This document shows positions 12,980-25,549 of a DNA stretch of 64,000 bases, one piece after another. The first letter of the stretch is position 1, and each line of letters begins with the position of its first letter. Source of the stretch: Octopus vulgaris (Eukaryota); contig OX597816.1 in NCBI GenBank assembly GCA_951406725.2, forward strand, positions 66,898,001 to 66,962,000, read 5' to 3'. The position numbers and the translations under genes are program-made. The notes beneath the pieces are model-generated. The model saw only the letters and a list, made by a program, of their open reading frames with translations, had not been told where the DNA came from and made no database searches.

Positions 12980-14027
12980 CCGCGAAGAATCGGCAGCCAA
13001 TTTCTATAAGGGAGATAGATCTTAAAATATCTATAACGATAACTAGTGAATTATACAGAATATGCAAAACGAGGCGAGGCTGAAATAGTAAACAGAGTGG
13101 CGACTAGGGGGATCAGAATAATAATAATTAATAAATAATAATAATAAATAGAGATACGGATGAATTAAAGTTCAAAGATTTCTTATCTTGAGATCACTTC
13201 GTTTACGGACAGACTTGGCAAAAGGAATTCGGAATCAAGAATGAGGCAGTTTACTAGCTTAAGTATGCATAGCCATGGCGGGTGGTAGGAAGAGAGGAGT
13301 CCAGACAGACGACAATGTAACAGGAGGGGGAGAGAAGGGAAGAGAAAAAAAAAAAAAAAAAAAAAAAACCCCGCGAAGAAGCGGCAGCCAATTTCTATAA
13401 GGGAGATAGATCTTAAAATATCTATAACGATAACTAGTGAATTATACAGAATATGCAAAACGAGGCGAGGCTGAAATAGTAAACAGAGTGGCGACTAGGG
13501 GGATCAGAATAATAATAATTAATAAATAATAATAATAAATAGAGATACGGATGAATTAAAGTTCAAAGATTTCTTATCTTGAGATCACTTCGTTTACGGA
13601 CAGACTTGGCAAAAGGAATTCGGAATCAAGAATGAGGCAGTTTACTAGCTTAAGTATGCATAGCCATGGCGGGTGGTAGGAAGAGAGGAGTCCAGACAGA
13701 CGACAATGTAACAGGAGGGGGAGAGAAGGGAAGAGAAAACCCCGCGAAGAATCGGCAGCCAATTTCTATAAGGGAGATAGATCTTAAAATATCTATAACG
13801 ATAACTAGTGAATTATACAGAATATGCAAAACGAGGCGAGGCTGAAATAGTAAACAGAGTGGCGACTAGGGGGATCAGAATAATAATAATTAATAAATAA
13901 TAATAATAAATAGAGATACGGATGAATTAAAGTTCAAAGATTTCTTATCTTGAGATCACTTCGTTTACGGACAGACTTGGCAAAAGGAATTCGGAATCAA
14001 GAATGAGGCAGTTTACTAGCTTAAGTA
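12980..14027. repeat. Tandem array: ~2.8 near-identical 371-bp units, variable A-run at the junctions
   Basis: Unit starts (cgcgaagaa) at 12981, 13372, 13743. Confidence 0.95.
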
Positions 14028-14429
14028 CACATGTAATTAATAATTAAAATATCGTGTGGTATACACCTGGTAGTTTGCTGGTAAAACATGTTCATTGGCT
14101 CAGTGTTCATTGATTATTTGATTAATGAGAGAGATGGAAAGATGGAAGCTATGAGATATTTTATTGATCACTGGCATTAACGCCTCGCAGGTAGGTTACT
14201 GAACATCTGGTTTAGGTGTATCAGTCGGTGTAGATGTATCTCCTCAGGTGATTTCAAGAGGCGTCTCATTAAAATAAACTGTTTCACGAGATTTCTTTTT
14301 TATTTTCATATATATAAATGGCAAATTAAGATATACAGTTTCATACTTATAGAAGATCCATAACAAATATCAGATACAAAAAGAAACAAATACACAATAC
14401 AGCAAAAAAAGTATTAGATATAACCGTTA

Positions 14430-15000
14430 GTAGGTATGGACGTATAAAGGCCCACACATATCCAAGCCACATTAATAAATTCTGGAATAGGTCAGCTAGA
14501 GAGAATGCCTTCAACATAGCGATGGGATCATCCGACTCTGCACAAGTCAGAGACATGGTCAGAATATGCATCCATTCATTAATACGGTCTTCATTTCTGA
14601 AAATCGGTGAAAGTCAACATAGGGATGATGCTCTATTCTTCCTGGACCAAAGAAGTAAAATACAACTAGAAAGTCATAGGAAACATTTCTTTAAACTATT
14701 TAAGAACTTCTGATTCAACATCACTATTGGAAAAGATTACCGTAGAGCAAACTTCCTTGACATTACCTTCAGCTTTCATACTGCATTATATGAACCTTAT
14801 CATAAACCTAAAAACATTAAGTATATTAATGTAGCAACCAACAATCCACACTCTATAATACGAGGATTAGTTAGGGGTATTTTAATTAGAATTTCTAGAC
14901 TATCCGCTACTACAGAAATTTATGAATCACATGCACCCTATTACAATACTGCTTTCACTAAGACTAGTTACCAAGAGGAAATTCAATACAAAGACAACTC
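14430..15000 (+). mobile_element. Penelope-like element, reverse transcriptase remnant (YRDD type)
   Basis: NIAMGSSDSAQVRDMV ... HRDDAL ... * ... NFLDITFSFHTALYEPYHKPKNIKYINVATNNPHSIIRGLVRGILIRISRLS: PLE RT motifs and thumb, with a stop codon. Confidence 0.8.
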
Positions 15001-15753
15001 TGGTATGCCCAACTCTGCCAATTCCATCACTAATAATACACACTACATACAAACTCAATGTTACAGTAAGCGAACTGACTTGGATCGACCATACATGTCA
15101 AAAAGAATTAGTCAAGACACCAAACGACACACCAAAACTTCTAGGCACACACAACCCAATCATACAGCAACTCATAACACAATAAATTGTCCTAACCCCA
15201 TGTAACACACTAGAGCCAATAAGCCAAACAACAACTATAAGAATAATATGAAACATTCGACGCTTCCAAAAAAGTTTGTTTACAGTATGGTGTTGCATTC
15301 CAAAAGCTATGATATTTAGCATTTAATTTGACGGAGAGTGTTGTCAGTGGGTAGTTTAGTTTCATGGTAGAGTACTCAGCCACAGCTGTCTGCTGAAAAA
15401 TTTTTTCTGTCTTATACCAAATCTTTCTGTTGTTTTCACAACTATACTGTGTTCAAAATACGGAAAGATGTCTGTGAGATAAAAGAAATATTGAGTCAGA
15501 ATTGCAAAATGTTTGTCAAGACTTTGTAGGGGAGACCAAATTTTTCCACAAAGTCAAAAAGAAAAGAAAAAAGCATACACAGTGGTTGCAGGAGTGTGAT
15601 AGGAAAAAACTTGAACTTGATCTTTTAATGAAATATAATGGGAATCTAAAAGTGCAAGTGTTTTCACTGAACAGTGACAACAGCCAACTTTCAGAAAGTA
15701 AATTTCAGCTGATCCAGGAAATTAATGAACTAAAGGCAAATATGTTACAAAAC

Positions 15754-15785
<32 letters not shown>

Positions 15786-17052
15786 GAAAGACCTGAGAAA
15801 TTAATGAACTAAAGGCAAATATCTTATCAAAAAGAAAGAGACCCAGAAAATTAACAGACTAAAGGCAAATGTCTTACAAAATAAAAATTAAAAAATGAAC
15901 AAGATGAGATACAGCACAACATGCATAATACAATTGCTGTATAAAAGATGTACATTTGAACTCCGCTCTCTGGTTTTGCAAGCAAAGATGAGAAAGATAA
16001 TTATTTGTGGTCACATGACTGTTTAAAGCATAGGCGGTATGATTGTGGCTCACTTTTTTCTGTGTGGGCAAACTATAAATACTATTATTGAACATGTGGT
16101 GAATTTAGTTATACAGCTTTAAGTAGCCCAAGTCAACTCAAAATATCTCAGCTATTTGAATAGCAAACTGTACTTTATTTGTGTTCAAATGAAAAATTTC
16201 CACAAGATGTATCTTTTCTTGCTAACCCCATCATCATCATCATCGTTTAGCGTCCGTTTTCCATGCTAGCATGGGTTGGAAAAATATATCAAAGAAAAAA
16301 TAAGTTATGCAGCTTTCAATAAATGCCAGTAATAAATATGTGTTGCAATTATAAAGATATTTAAATGACAACTTGTCAACACAAGGCAAACAGAAAATTC
16401 AGTCTAGAATTGTTTTGTTTTTTAGTTGACAATCTCTACTAATTCATTTGATTCCTCATTGCTCATAGGTAGTGCTATTTATGTTTTTTTATTATTGCTC
16501 CCTTTTTAAAAAGTTTTATTTCTCATAAACATTAAATAAAAATATTAATTCTAATTAGGCAGATTTCATAATACTCAATGTAAAGAAAATGCTATTCAAT
16601 TTAGAATTTCTAACAAAAATGAAAAGGCATCAGTTATTGATTAATAAGAAATGAAACAACATGAAGAACTAAGCTAAATTTATTATTAGAATAAAAATTA
16701 ATTTTTCTGTTTCACCTGAAAAAAAGTGGACTAGAATGAAAAATGCCAGCAAGGAATAACAATATTCTTAAGTACTTAACAAACCTGGGAAAATACAGGA
16801 CAAAAAGTAAGCCTAAAATAAAATAAAAGAGCTTAAAATATTACAGCTAAAATAAAATTTGAATAGGTTGCCAATTAAGACCTCCACCAAAATTTCATGT
16901 GAATTTGTTTCAAACACTAACTTGATAATTACACAATGTTATTTTATGAAGTTCTTCATTATTTTTTAAAAATTAATTCAAACAAAAGCAGTGTATTTCA
17001 GCAGAAATATGGTAACAAAATGATTAAAAGGAATAAATATATTTATTTTCAG

Positions 17053-17106
17053 GTCTTGATGGTAATCAATTACAGCAACTGACATCAATTGCAGAAAGTA
17101 ATTTAG
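17053..17106 (+). CDS. Exon 2 of membrane glycoprotein gene (GLDGNQLQQLTSIAESNL)
   Basis: Acceptor ttattttcAG, donor AG|GTCAGT; 54 nt, phase 1-1, open frame. A second donor (GTAAGT, 17111) would be out of phase. Confidence 0.65.
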
Positions 17107-17351
17107 GTCAGTAAGTTGTTAAATATTATTTCACATTAATTTATTTTGTTTTTATAAAAAAAAAAACCCCAGAAATATTTCAATTAGTTTTATAAATTTC
17201 AATATTGTTGTTGTTATGGCAACAAGCTGGCAGAAACATTACCATGCCAAACAACATGTTTAAAGACATTTTAGCATTTCTTCTGGTTTTACATTCTGAG
17301 TTCAAAGGTCACCAAAGTGCCTTTCATCATTTTGGGTCAATAAAATAGTAC

Positions 17352-17586
17352 CTATTTCTTTATTACCCACAAGGGGCTAAACACAGAGGGGACAAACAAG
17401 GACAGGCAAATGGATTAAGTTGATTATATCGACCCCAGTGCGTAACTGGTATTTATTTAATCAACCTCGAAAGGATGAAAGGCAAAGATGACCTCGGTGG
17501 AATTTGATCTCAGAATGTAATGGCAGACAAAATACTGTTAGGCATTTCGCCCGACGTACTAACGTTTCTACCAGCTTGCTGCCTTA
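17352..17586 (-). mobile_element. SINE family B nested in an older + strand copy (from ~17212)
   Basis: Full-length reverse match; the host copy resumes at ~17590. Confidence 0.85.
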
Positions 17587-17994
17587 GGTGAATAAAATAA
17601 GTACCATCAACCACTGGGCTGCTGTAATTGACTATTCTCCATTTGTAGGAGGAAAGAAATGATATCCTGCAAGCTTCAACAGCAATGGAAATGCTAGCAA
17701 ATGAACTGCTATTACCTGGTATGTCTGCAAGTTGGGTAAAGAAGAATTGTTTTAATTGATGGAGAACCAAAATTGGCTAACACAACAAATAAGAATACAG
17801 CTCTCTCAATGATACCATGTGTGACTGTGGCATGTAACCACAAACAATGGCACATATTTTGGGAAGCTCTCTGATGCTTGCATCATAGATTATCACAATT
17901 CAAAAAAAAAAAAAAGTGGAAATAATTTAGTTAAAAGAGAAGTGGGTTCAATAAGGAAACAACATACTGTAAATGTATTTATCGTATATTTCAG

Positions 17995-18153
17995 GCATTT
18001 GTGCTTCAGCAACTCAGGCCTTTCTACATAAGAAGCTCGTCTCATGCTTCGCAACTTTTTTTCTGGATTTCTGCAAATATTTGTGTCCTATGGAAATGGT
18101 ACTGCAAAACTACACATGTCACAATTTTACACTGCATAATGGCCTTCTGGAAG
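17995..18153 (+). CDS. Exon 3 of membrane glycoprotein gene (GICASATQAFLHKKLVSCFATFFLDFCKYLCPMEMVLQNYTCHNFTLHNGLLE)
   Basis: Acceptor tatatttcAG, donor AG|GTGAGT; 159 nt, phase 1-1; five Cys and two N-glycosylation sequons (NYT, NFT). Confidence 0.8.
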
Positions 18154-18928
18154 GTGAGTCAAAAAATCCTCCTCCTCCCCATCTGCTTGTACTCTATAGC
18201 AACACCATTTAATTAATTTCCTCATAAGCACATCTGAAATACACAAATCAGTAAGACATGGGAGGTTCATATCATGGATCTCAAATTCATAATCACTGCT
18301 ATAGATATTTTGCTGTGTTTTTTTTTTTTAGATAGGACACTTGGTAAATTCTGAATTATGTTAATATTCCTAGCATTGTCAACAAGGTATTTCTAGGAAA
18401 GTTATTTGTCATAGAGGGAAAGGGAAAAAATTTGACAAGTCAGTCAGTCACCGGCTGACACTCGCTGATGCTACATTGAAGAGGCCAGGGAACAGAAGAA
18501 AGAAGAAAGAAGACATGCACCCAACACCAGAACTGAAGACACCTCTGAAAGGGTGGCCCCCGCCACGTCAAAACAGTAGAGGAGTAGGGGCCAAAACCGG
18601 ACGTGGTTCCTCCTGATGATGTCTTGAGCTAACTGGATCCTATAAAGGAGCTGTTGTGGTAGCAGACCACGAAACACGTTTGTAATTCCTCCTATGCAGG
18701 TGTGGAGGAGATTTATGTCTTATGTGATTACAACAATATATTTAGGAGAGAGCATTTCCACCCACCCACTGAATTGGAGCAAGACCATCAGCTAGCATAG
18801 AACAAGTATTGTTGGTTTAATTAGTTCACAATATATTGTTGATACTTATTTTATTTATCATAAAGATAGACAAAATTTGATTCTGGCAGAATTTGAATTT
18901 GTAAATAGATTTTTTTTTTATTTATGGG

Positions 18929-19211
18929 CCCTTTTCAAGCCTAGCCAGGCTCATGGGCCCAGTTTCTCAGTTTCTGTGGCGTATGTGTTCCCCCCCAGCT
19001 GGACAGGACGTCAGTTCATCACAGGAAGAAAGAATGAGAGAAAGTTGGGGCGAAAAAGTACAACAGGGATCGCCACCACCCCCTGCCGGAGCCTCATGGA
19101 GATTTAGGTGTTTTCGTTCAATAAGCACACACAACGCCCGGTCTGGGAATCGAAACCGCGATGCTCTGAACACGAGTTCGCTGCTCTAACCACTGGGCAA
19201 TTGCATCTCCA
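18929..19211 (-). mobile_element. SINE family C, tail type 2
   Basis: Same head; tail shared with 60936-61222. Confidence 0.85.
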
Positions 19212-20269
19212 TATATATTATTGATACTTATTTTATTTTTTATAAAGGTAGACAAATAGATATTTGATAAATATTGTTTATCTAGCATTCTACCAAAAAC
19301 ACATCTGCAGATGAACCTTATCAGCCACTTGTCTCCAGAATTCTTTTTCCTGCATTGCTTTTGGAAGTCACTCTCAGTAGACCAAATTCTTCAGTCAGTT
19401 GATCAACAAATGTTCTGGCAGGATGACTGCTTGATCACTTTCTTAGTGGTTGTTCTCGCATCAGCATTTCACTTGCCACTTTATCCTTGCTATAAAAGCA
19501 GCGTTCATGAAATCTCAGTCTTTTTTCCTTTATGTTAAAAATATTAAATAATACTTATCTTCATTCCTCAATGTAGTAGTAGCAAACTTCAGTTGAGCTG
19601 TAATTGGGATATTGTTCATTAGAAAAGCGATGAATTTAATAATTTTCTTTGTAGTTTGTTTCTCCTATAAGAAATTATTTCATAAAGTGAAATAATTATC
19701 ACTTAAACCTGATCTCCTTTACAAAATAAATTGTTTTAATTATTAAATTAACACTCTAAGTAAGCTTCTTGGCTCTGAGTAAACTTCTTCCTTTGAACAC
19801 CTCTGTTCAGATGCTGTAGTATAATGTCAGTTGACATCAGAGAACCTATTTCTATTTTTTGCATCAAAATACAACTCCAGAACATTCTAGAATATCATGC
19901 TTTTTTTTTGGCCAGGCTTTGCTTCAAGGCAGACCACTAAAAGACTTTTTCTCACATCTCACCTATATGTATATTTCTTTTGTATGTCTCTTTTTTCCCT
20001 CTCAAACATAGGTATAAATATATAACAGAAACAATGTCTTTAAATATAACATGTTTATATACAAGTCATATGATTGAACTTTTCTCCAACACATTATAGC
20101 AATCTTCTGATAATAAAATAACTAGAATAAATGTGTTGACAAAGAACATATCTTTATTTATTTCTTCTTCATCATTCAGCATCTTTACCATTATGTTCTT
20201 TATCACTCAGCATTAAATTGCAGTTGTATATATTCCACTTGTTTTATGTCCATAATATTTTTGTTAAGT

Positions 20270-20810
20270 ATGAACAGCTATTGCTACATGGTAATGAGAC
20301 ATGGGCTGTGACTACTGAGGATATGCGAAGGCTTGAAAGAAATGAAGACTGTATGGGTAATGTGAGTATGCATATAGAGGCACATGGCCTAGTGGTTAGA
20401 GCAGCGGACTCATAGTCGAGGGATCGCATGTTTGAATCTCAGACCGGGCAATGTGTGTGTTTATGAGTGAAACACCTAAGCTCCACGTGGCTCCGACAGA
20501 AGGTAATGCTGACCTTCTGCTGACTCTTTCCTTCTGCATCTTGCAGCTCATCTGCGACGGACCAGCGTCCCGTCCAGGTGGGGAACCTATACGCCAAGGA
20601 AACTGAGAAACTAGCCCTTATGAGCCAGCCATGGCTTGGGAAGGAACAAACAAACAAACATCAGTGTGCATATATGACAGATTCTGAGTAACTTGAGAGA
20701 AGAACTGGGTATATGTGGCATCAGATGTAGTGTAATGCTGTCAGGTAATACAGATATGGCTGAAGACAGTTGCATCAGGAGGTGCCAATCTCTAATTGTG
20801 GAAGGTGTGA
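20270..20810 (+). mobile_element. Old RTE LINE fragment interrupted by a SINE (20376-20660)
   Basis: LLHGNETWAVTTEDMRRLERNE, continuing after the SINE. Confidence 0.7.
20376..20660 (+). mobile_element. SINE family C, tail type 2-related
   Basis: Same head; gcgacggaccagcgtcccgtccagg; (AAAC)n end. Confidence 0.8.
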
Positions 20811-21066
20811 TATTGCATCAGTTCAGGGACCTATATTTAACCTCATGGCTACATTGGTTCTGAGTTTTTTTTTTTTTTTGAATGGTTGTGGTGTGACTCG
20901 AATGTTTTGAATGGCTTAAAAAATGGTTGTAGTGTGTGTGTTTTAATTGGTGTATTGGTTGGTCAGCTATAGGCACAGTATTCATTGGTCATATTGGAGC
21001 ATTATGAAGCAAAAGTATATTTGTCAAGTTGAAATACATTGTTACATTTTTTTTTTTTTTTTGCAG

Positions 21067-21272
21067 TCAAAGTTGCTGAATACTCCATAAACGACCGTAG
21101 TCTTTTATATCAAAGCAAAAGGTTTATAGAGTTAGCAGCAAAGAATACCACAAAATTTAACTATATATTTCAGGATTACTACACGGTCTTTGAAATAAAA
21201 AATATAAGTGTAAACGAACCATGTGATACAAAAAATATAAACATCCATTTTGAAAATGATTTAACCGTGACG
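21067..21272 (+). CDS. Exon 4 of membrane glycoprotein gene (VKVAEYSINDRSLL...NIHFENDLTVT)
   Basis: Long poly-T tract + gcAG acceptor, donor CG|GTAAGA; phase 1-0; sequons NTT and NIS. Confidence 0.8.
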
Positions 21273-21532
21273 GTAAGAGCCATTCTTCATAGAATCTCTT
21301 TGCAAATTCTCCTTTTATATTTATTTTCACTCATTTCTTCCAATTTATTTCTATATTTAAAAGTATTTATTGCATTATATTGGTTTAGCATGTGAAACTA
21401 TTATATGAAGGTGATACAAGCATAATCCCTTTAAACATTGTTTGCTCCAGGATATGTGAGCAGCTTCTACAATATAATTCCAGCTTCTACAGTGCTTTGA
21501 TGAAATTCTTTTGTTTTTTTGAGACAAAATTT

Positions 21533-21898
21533 ATTTCCTCCACCTTAGCGAAGGCAGAGGTGTTGTTTTTAGTCATGTTTGTTTGTTTGTCTGTGGACAG
21601 GATATTTCAAGAACCGCTTGATGGATTTGGATGAAACTTTCAGGGATGTTTGGCCTCATGACTGGCACAAACTGATTAAATTTTGGGATTAATTCAGTGC
21701 CAGACAAGGATTCTGGATTATTTTCCCTATTTTTAAAATTAATTTTGGGGAGCGGGCCAGTTTCATTTTTAGCATTCTTGTTTGTGAGAGCAGTCTAGTT
21801 TATTTCAGATATTCTCGTTTTAAAAATCATCTCTGGCTAATCATTGAGAAGACGTTGGTGTTGGCTTGGCGGAGGTTTGCACTCTTTGAGTGCTCTTG
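21533..21898 (+). mobile_element. Helentron-associated (DINE/HINE-like) non-autonomous element
   Basis: 5' cctccacc...ggcagagg hairpin, GTTT/GTCT microsatellite, 3' sub-terminal ggcggagg plus gcactc/gagtgc hairpin, T-rich flanks. Confidence 0.7.
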
Positions 21899-22182
21899 TT
21901 GTTCAATGTGTTTCTGAGCAGGATGTTATTTAATTTGCTGTGTTTCTGAATGTTTACAACCTATGCTGAATCTTGGCTAGAAATGGTAGTGTAACTAGTG
22001 GTACATCCCCTACAAACATTGATGTTACCATTTGTGGCTTGCCTGCAACCAATGACATATATTGACATTCACTGTGCTAGTTCTGTGCTTTCAAATTTCT
22101 TAAGAATAAAAAATCTTTTATTTGACAAAACAGGTAAGGACATAGGCATGTATGTGTGTGTATATATATTTATATATATATT

Positions 22183-22912
22183 TTTTTAACAATTGAGGAT
22201 AAAATCTTTAAAAGAAATTATCAGTAGTCAGCGTGAAAAACCTCGTAAGAGAAAAAATCCGTAAATTCTTCCTCTTTGAAAATATTCATTTATATTATAT
22301 TGAGGGTACTACTATTCATAGATACCAACACGTTAAGAGGGACCAATGCGGTCAAAACTACAAAATAAACAAAATTTTATCGAATGCAAAACTTCAAAAC
22401 ACATCATTTTAAAAAGAATTCAGTTACATATCACATGTGATTTCGCATTTAATGCAGAATATGCATTTCATGTTCATCAGTGCAACAAACTCAAGAAATA
22501 TAAGAGAAAACATAACATTACAAGCTCGATAGCCAACCGTAGAATTCGTCGTAGCATGTACGAATGTTTATCTTTACATATCTATGAAAATGGCGGGCTT
22601 ATTCGCAATGCATTTCGGTAACAAATTGTCTAGTCGGAATAAAAATTCAGTGACGAATTCTACGGTTGGCAATCGAGCTTGTAATGTTATGTTTTCTCTT
22701 ATATTTCTTGAGTTTGTTGCACTGATGAACATGAAATGCATATTCTGCATTAAATGCGAAATCACATGTGATATGTAACTGAATTCTTTTTTAAAATGAT
22801 GTGTTTTGAAGTTTTGCATTCGGTAAAATTTTGTTTATTTTTAGTAGTTTTGACCACATTGGTCCCTCTTAGCGTGTTGGTATCTACGAATAGTAGTACC
22901 TCAATATAATAT
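22183..22912 (-). mobile_element. Penelope-like pLTR fold-back (arms 22291-22550 / 22652-22912) between (TA)n tracts
   Basis: ~260-bp inverted arms, ~100-bp spacer, hammerhead in both arms, unique tail 22183-22290. Confidence 0.78.
22716..22779 (+). ncRNA. Type-I hammerhead ribozyme motif (second copy on - strand at ~22423-22486)
   Basis: gttgca-CTGATGA-acat...atgc-GAAA-tcacatgtga-TA-tgtaac; helix III ATCACATGTGAT is a perfect palindrome; first helix II pair mismatched. Confidence 0.75.
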
Positions 22913-22915
22913 ATT

Positions 22916-22969
<54 letters not shown>

Positions 22970-22976
<7 letters not shown>

Positions 22977-23845
22977 ATATTTCGGAATGGTCATATTGCC
23001 AGTTTAGCCAATAAAAACACACGCACTATATATTTGGTGTTATTTTGCTTCAGTGATATTTATTTTTTACATTAATCTTAATCTTATTTCGGCCAAAGTT
23101 CTTTCGTCACACTCTGTGACCGCATCAGTGGTCCTTTGTTTTTCTCACTTACTTGTGTCTCTCCTTACTAACCGTCAGCCATTTTGTATTTCTATTGTAT
23201 GTCTTCATTTGCACATGCTTATATCTCTATGTGCGTCTATGTTTATTTAGTGTGTGTGTGGGGGGGGATGCCTGTAATATTTGTATATTCTTTTTTTTTT
23301 TTTTTTTTTTCTCGATTAGATTTATTATTATTATTACTAATATTGTTGTTATACATACATACAAGCATATGTAATGATAATAATGGGTGGATGTAAACAC
23401 ATGAACAAAATTAGAACAAAAGCAACAACAACAAAAACAAAATACAAATTACAAGAATGTATATAACCAGAAGATACAAATATTACAGGCATCCCCCCAC
23501 ACACACACTAAATAAACATAGACGCACATAGAGATATAAGCATGTGCAAATGAAGACATACAATAGAAATACAAAATGGCTGACGGTTAGTAAGGAGAGA
23601 CACAAGTAAGTGAGAAGAAAACAAATGACCACTGATGCGGTCACAGGAGTGTGACGAAAGAACTTTGGCCGAAATAAGATTAAGATTAATGTAAAAAATA
23701 AATATCACTGAAGCAAAATAACACCAAATATATAGTGCGTGTGTTTTTATTGGCTAAACTGGCAATATGACCATTCCGAAATATAACAATATCTGTTTCA
23801 ACACACGACTTCACATAAAAAATCTTGCACAACAAATATTTAAAC

Positions 23846-23846
<1 letters not shown>
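22970..23846 (+). mobile_element. Penelope-like pLTR fold-back (arms ~22970-23290 / ~23470-23791) between (TA)n tracts
   Basis: ~320-bp inverted arms (also visible as twin ORFs 23053+ and 23508-), hammerhead-like motif, unique tail to 23846. Confidence 0.75.
23627..23670 (+). ncRNA. Hammerhead-like motif (core variant CTGATGC)
   Basis: gacca-CTGATGC-g-gtcaca(ggag)tgtgac-GAAA-gaac-TT-tggcc; strong helix II; A9 position substituted. Confidence 0.5.
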
Positions 23847-23894
<48 letters not shown>

Positions 23895-23895
<1 letters not shown>

Positions 23896-24918
23896 TAGTT
23901 GGTGTACCTGGTAATTCCCGAGGGCAAAGATGTTCTATTGAAACGCCTTATTACTCTGATATAAGAAAGCAATTTCATTATAACTGCCACAAAAGGTATA
24001 TTTTCTATCTCAAAAAAGTACAAAAACCTGTCAGCTGGAGGAGGGAGAGATTGTTGGAGGTTGGCGAGAGAGGTTTTCAGAGGTTGGCGATTAAGAGTGT
24101 AGGAGGTTGGTGAGAAAGATTGTTGGAGGTTGGCAAGCGACAAAGACATTATTCTGCTAAGCGAATGTATAACTGCTGTCATTCACAGAAAAACTATTGT
24201 TTTACTGTGAGAAAAGCGTTGTTGAAGTGTTAAGTGAAATTTGGCAATCGAGATCGAATCCACGCTATGCCTGCATGAAGCCACTACAAATATGTTGTGG
24301 AATAAAAAATTTATCTATTGTCATGGAAAAAGTGTAACTGTAAAACTGCAAAATTATCGGAGTAACAAGCATTCGAAAAAGTAGGTATGTATAGAAATGT
24401 ATGAATGAAGTCCTTAATGTTTAAGATTCAAATTAAGGAAGTGCAATAATAATGTTTAGCAGTTCAAAACTGTGAGTAGTGAAATGTAGAATTTGGTCGG
24501 CTGATTGTGAGAATCAAATATTGATCGCTTCCCTAAAATCTGCAAGTGGTATGGGTTATTTCCCCTGGGTTGTTTAAATAAAATATTAGTAATATGTAGT
24601 AAATAGAAGAATCCATTGGAAAGGGCCTACTATCGATTTTTTTCAAGAATCTAAGTTTGTCATGAGGTTTCCAGACATGAGTTTTACTCATGTGTCAAAT
24701 AAAGTATAAACGTGATATTGTCTGCAAAAATTAGAAATAGGACACACAATAAATAAATAGTCAAAGTAATCGAACATAAACAATGAAATGGGTTATTTCC
24801 CTTGAGTGTTTAAAAAATATTAGTTATATGAGGTAGATATAAAGGTCCCTTCCAGGGGACGTATTATCGATTTTTTCATCAATCTAAGTATTACGGAGAT
24901 GTACTTGCATAGCAAGTG
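23895..24918 (-). mobile_element. Probable non-autonomous Helitron with internal ~235-bp repeats
   Basis: Minus-strand 3' end cgggaattaccaggtacaccaaCTAG|t; repeated gggttatttccc...tatcgattttttc blocks at ~24551 and ~24790. Confidence 0.55.
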
Positions 24919-25058
24919 ATATATATATCCAGTGCAGCCCCTTCAGCTTACAGTGCCCTGGTCGAAGTGCCCAACCTGTGCTAGCATAGACAATGAACGT
25001 TAACTGATGATGATGATGATGATTATGTGTGTATGTATATGTGTGTGTGCGTGTTTGT

Positions 25059-25220
25059 ATCAAAACAGTTTGATTCAAATTCATTGGTACTTCAAGTTTC
25101 AAGCATGATGCAAATCCACAGCCATTGAATTTCCAATGAAATTTAAATTTCCAATGGCTGTGGATTAGCATGACACTTGGAACTAGGGGTGTCAACGAAT
25201 TTGAATCAAACTGTTTTGAT
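25059..25220. repeat. Imperfect 160-bp palindrome
   Basis: atcaaaacagtttgattcaaatt.../...aatttgaatcaaactgttttgat; inner atccacagccattg/caatggctgtggat. Confidence 0.85.
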
Positions 25221-25309
25221 CCATACATGTAACTCCCAATAGATGTGTTGACCACCCTTCTTTCGTTTTTCCACTCACTCGTATATATGTGTGTGTGTGT
25301 GTGTGTGTG

Positions 25310-25357
<48 letters not shown>

Positions 25358-25549
25358 AGACCAAAAAGGGTCGGAGCAATCTCAAGATTAATCAGCCGAA
25401 ATTGTGAGGATGATCCGGTTCTTGACTGAAGATTGAAGGCTTCGAATGTCCCGTCCGTGTTTTTTGTATTGTCTTCTAAATGTTTTGCGTTCTTGTCCCA
25501 GTTTGTATTTTTTTACATATACATATATATATATATATATATATATGTA

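Noticed and set aside
12106-13067. 150-215 aa minus-strand ORFs
   Set aside because: Translations of the VNTR; the frame changes between units and no domain is recognisable.
12046-14027. Tandem arrays as a CRISPR array or as retrozyme (hammerhead) repeats
   Set aside because: Units are contiguous with no unique spacers and the DNA is eukaryotic; I found no CTGANGA...GAAA core on either strand of either unit.
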